DNA of 64,000 nucleotides from an uncultured Bacilli bacterium (GTDB lineage Bacteria; Bacillota_I; Bacilli_A; RF39; UBA660): NCBI GenBank assembly GCA_958413985.1, contig CATYVZ010000003.1, positions 18,751 to 82,750 of the forward strand, read 5' to 3'. Shown piece by piece: positions 61,222 to 64,000 of this stretch (position 1 is its first letter; each line of letters starts with the position of its first letter). The notes under the pieces were generated by a model. It saw only the letters and a program-made list of their open reading frames with translations, ran no database searches and was not told where the DNA came from. The position numbers and the translations under genes were made by a program.

Positions 61222-62883
61222 TTAGTGGAAACAACTTCCACCGATAAATTCTCTTAATACCGAAGCCTGTGGCACATCATCACTAGGAATCGGTAGAAAA
61301 TTCCTTAAAAAATTAATTAATCTGATTGCTTCTGGATATACTTCATCATCTTCATTGACAGAAAACAATAGCGGTTCAGCATAAGTTTTTAAAACGCCCA
61401 ACTCATAAATTAAAGCTGAATTGATAATTATATCCGCTGTATTTTGATAAGGAAAGACATATTCTTCTTCTCCTTCTAAAATATGTTTCCAACTCTTTAA
61501 AGTATATGCCGCATCACGCCCGCGATATTTGTTATCTCTAATAATCCTTCTTAATCTTCTAGTATCCGACGTATGAATACGGTTGTGGTTATCGATATTA
61601 AGTTGCGTTAAAGGACTAATATAAATTTTATATTTGCTAGAATCATCGATAGCTAAAGTAAGCTCCGGATTTAAAGCATGTAATCCTTCGATAATAACTA
61701 TATCACTTTCCCCCAACTGTAAACTACGACCATTATATTCTCGTTCACCTAAAATAAAGTTATATTCTGGCAAAAGCACTTTTTCGCCATCCAACAGTTT
61801 AACTAAATGCTTATTAAACAAATCCGTATCGACAGCTCTTATCGATTCAAAATCATAGTCACCATTAGCTTTTTTAGGAGTATCTTTACGGTTATAAAAA
61901 TAATCATCGATCGAAATACTATGGGTTTTAAATCCTCTTGTTCTTAAATAAACTTGCAATTTTCTAGCAGTTGTTGTTTTCCCACTAGAAGTTGGTCCCG
62001 CTAATAAAACTATCTTTATTTTCCCCATCTTTTTATGAATTATGTCAGCAATATTAGCTAATTGACTATTATAATTGGCTTCAGCTAACTGTATAATATC
62101 ATTATATTTACCTAATGAAACAATTTTGTTTAAGTCAGCCACATTTGAAATACCGACAGTTTTACCCATATTCGTATAATCTAAGAAAGCATCAAACAAC
62201 ATCTTATGATGTGAATAATCATCTGTCGTTTTAGGATTATTTACTGAAGGATAACTAAGCACAAAACCATTATCTTTAATATATGTCAATTTAAAGTCAT
62301 CCAACACTTTCGTACTATATGGCATCTCGCTAAAAAAATAATCGTAATATTCGTCTAGGCGATATAAATTAATATATGTATTACTAATATACTTAAACAC
62401 ATCAACTTTATCAAATTGTTTTTTCTTGCGGAAAAACTGCATCGCATCCTTACGAGAAACACTTAATTTAACAAAATTATAATCTTGTTTAACGATTTCC
62501 AACATCTTATCTTCAATTTTTTTAATTATTTCCTTGTTTATTTCTTGGTTGATAATCTCACAATAGACACCTTTATCGATCGAATGTTGAATAATTACTT
62601 CAGCTTCGTTGCCTAAAACTTTCTTAACTGCAACGATCAACAAAAAATGGACACCATGAGAATAAACAGTATGACCATAAACCGAACTCCGATCATAGAA
62701 TCTTACCTCACATCTTCTTGTTAAAGTATAAGATAATTCTTCCATAATATTATTTACTTTTGCTACTATAATCGGGTAATTAAAATCATTTTTAAAGCTC
62801 TCTGAAACTTCCAACAACGTTGTGTTTTCTGGATATTCTTTAATTAATCCGTTTTGACAATCAACTTTAACCATTTTTTGCAT
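61222..62883 (-). CDS. Uridine/nucleoside kinase-family P-loop protein fused to an N-terminal ThrRS/TGS-like domain
   Basis: P-loop LLAGPTSSGKTTTARKL within a Udk-like C-terminal half. The N-terminal ~280 aa is non-kinase. 553 aa. Confidence 0.6.
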   Translation of the reverse strand: MQKMVKVDCQNGLIKEYPENTTLLEVSESFKNDFNYPIIVAKVNNIMEELSYTLTRRCEVRFYDRSSVYGHTVYSHGVHFLLIVAVKKVLGNEAEVIIQHSIDKGVYCEIINQEINKEIIKKIEDKMLEIVKQDYNFVKLSVSRKDAMQFFRKKKQFDKVDVFKYISNTYINLYRLDEYYDYFFSEMPYSTKVLDDFKLTYIKDNGFVLSYPSVNNPKTTDDYSHHKMLFDAFLDYTNMGKTVGISNVADLNKIVSLGKYNDIIQLAEANYNSQLANIADIIHKKMGKIKIVLLAGPTSSGKTTTARKLQVYLRTRGFKTHSISIDDYFYNRKDTPKKANGDYDFESIRAVDTDLFNKHLVKLLDGEKVLLPEYNFILGEREYNGRSLQLGESDIVIIEGLHALNPELTLAIDDSSKYKIYISPLTQLNIDNHNRIHTSDTRRLRRIIRDNKYRGRDAAYTLKSWKHILEGEEEYVFPYQNTADIIINSALIYELGVLKTYAEPLLFSVNEDDEVYPEAIRLINFLRNFLPIPSDDVPQASVLREFIGGSCFH

Positions 62884-63000
62884 ATTATCATTCCTTTATC
62901 CTCTTATATTTTTATTTTATCAAAAAAAAAAAAAATTGTCATTCGTTTTTTGTATATTTTAGTTAAATCGTCACTATTATATTAAATAGGAGATGATTTT

Positions 63001-63567
63001 ATGCTTATACCGACAATAATCGAAAAGACAAATTCAGGTGAAAGAGCTTATGACATTTATTCAAGACTATTAAAAGATCGAATTGTTATTTTAACTGGCG
63101 AAATCGACGACACAAAAGCTGATGTCATCGTCGCACAATTATTATATCTAGATAGTATTAATAATAATGATATTAGTTTATACATAAACAGCCCGGGTGG
63201 TAGTATTACTGCTGGTATGGCTATTTATGATACTATGAATTTTATAAAAAGTGATGTCTCAACTATTTGTCTTGGCATGGCCGCATCGATGGGCGCATTC
63301 ATCCTATCAAGTGGTCAAAAAGGCAAAAGATACGGTCTACCTAACAGTGAAGTTATGATTCATCAACCTTTAGGAGGAGCAACTGGTCAAGCTACGGAAA
63401 TTAAAATAGCAGCGGAACATATATTAAAAATCAAGGATAAAGTTAACAAAATTTTAGCTAGTAATACTAATAAAGATATTGAAACTATTGAACAAGATAC
63501 AGAAAGAGATAATTACTTATCGGCTGAAGAAGCATTGGCTTATGGTATCATCGACCAAATATTATAG
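63001..63567 (+). CDS. clpP: ATP-dependent Clp protease proteolytic subunit
   Basis: Active-site Ser context [11 protein letters not shown], His context MIHQPLGG. 188 aa. Confidence 0.95.
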   Translation: MLIPTIIEKTNSGERAYDIYSRLLKDRIVILTGEIDDTKADVIVAQLLYLDSINNNDISLYINSPGGSITAGMAIYDTMNFIKSDVSTICLGMAASMGAFILSSGQKGKRYGLPNSEVMIHQPLGGATGQATEIKIAAEHILKIKDKVNKILASNTNKDIETIEQDTERDNYLSAEEALAYGIIDQIL

Positions 63568-63573
63568 AGAAGT

Positions 63574-63768
63574 TTAACCTTCTCTATTTGTTGTGTTGGC
63601 ATAGTATTTTTTGCCTAATTCAACTAATCTTTTGGTCATTTCTCCACCTACTGTCCCGTTTAAACGTGACGTTTGATCGGCACCCATAGTGATTCCTAAT
63701 TCTCTAGCTATTTCATACTTTAAGTTTTCTAAAGCTTGCTTACTACCTGGCACAATTAGTTTGTTCAT
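63574..63768 (-). CDS. Small acid-soluble spore protein, alpha/beta type
   Basis: 64 aa with KYEIARELGITMGAD and GGEMTKRLVELG, the alpha/beta SASP signatures. Confidence 0.85.
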   Translation of the reverse strand: MNKLIVPGSKQALENLKYEIARELGITMGADQTSRLNGTVGGEMTKRLVELGKKYYANTTNREG

Positions 63769-63865
63769 CTATATCACCACCTTACATTATTATTATGGAT
63801 TAGCTTAAGAAATAAATGTGTGGCAATAAAAACTAAAAAGATAGCTATTTTGCTATCTATTTTAA

Positions 63866-64000
63866 CTATTTAGCTTGGTAACCACCTAAGTGTTGTTGTC
63901 CCATTTGAACTAATCTCTTAGTGATTTCTCCACCTACTGAACCATTAGCACGGCTTGTAGCATCTGGTCCTAAGTTAACACCAAATTCACTAGCTATTTC
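63866..64000 (-). CDS. Small acid-soluble spore protein, alpha/beta type (5' partial at window end), tandem paralog
   Basis: Reverse translation gives ...[44 protein letters not shown], stop at 63866. Truncated by the window edge. Confidence 0.8.
   Translation of the reverse strand, partial: EIASEFGVNLGPDATSRANGSVGGEITKRLVQMGQQHLGGYQAK

Noticed and set aside
1-64000. Searched for CRISPR arrays, rRNA, tRNA genes and IS/transposase ORFs
   Set aside because: No regularly spaced direct repeats, no GGTTCGAATCC-type tRNA T-arm hits in intergenic regions and no DDE-transposase-like ORFs were seen. The only recombinase is the serine recombinase at 8447-10006.

Overview
Very AT-rich (~25% GC) chromosomal window from a spore-forming Firmicute. 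It carries spo0A, a gerA-type germination operon, tandem alpha/beta SASP genes and a CotY/CotZ-like cysteine-rich coat protein. It is dense with housekeeping genes: pcrA (partial), rnr, polC, trpS, prfA-prmC, prfB, recG, ftsEX, nrdDG, gap-pgk-tpiA, clpP. Six things stand out.
(1) A ~3.9 kb element bounded by a large serine recombinase gene sits precisely inside an ssuA-like ABC substrate-binding-protein gene. The two halves of that gene re-join in frame across a GGTGGAA junction repeat. The element carries a HipA-like kinase gene with a variant catalytic loop, overlapping a membrane-anchored EndA-like nuclease gene.
(2) A divergent locus between dgkA and recG encodes a gamma-class N6-adenine DNA methyltransferase and two uncharacterised 285-aa proteins. 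It is a candidate restriction-modification or defense module.
(3) nrdD is interrupted by an in-frame TAG just before its glycyl-radical motif. The motif is encoded by a 54-aa micro-ORF that has its own RBS and a TAATG stop/start overlap with nrdG.
(4) A 9-bp poly-G tract, extreme for this genome, lies at the start of a secreted-protein gene and is a candidate phase-variation switch. That protein shares a C-terminal WWL...GV(R/A)P module with a 545-aa prepilin-leader protein inserted between gap and pgk.
(5) prfB has a canonical programmed +1 frameshift site.
(6) The 380-bp nrdD leader contains a duplicated TTAATTTTYGGTTAATT motif.
No tRNA, rRNA or CRISPR features were recognised.
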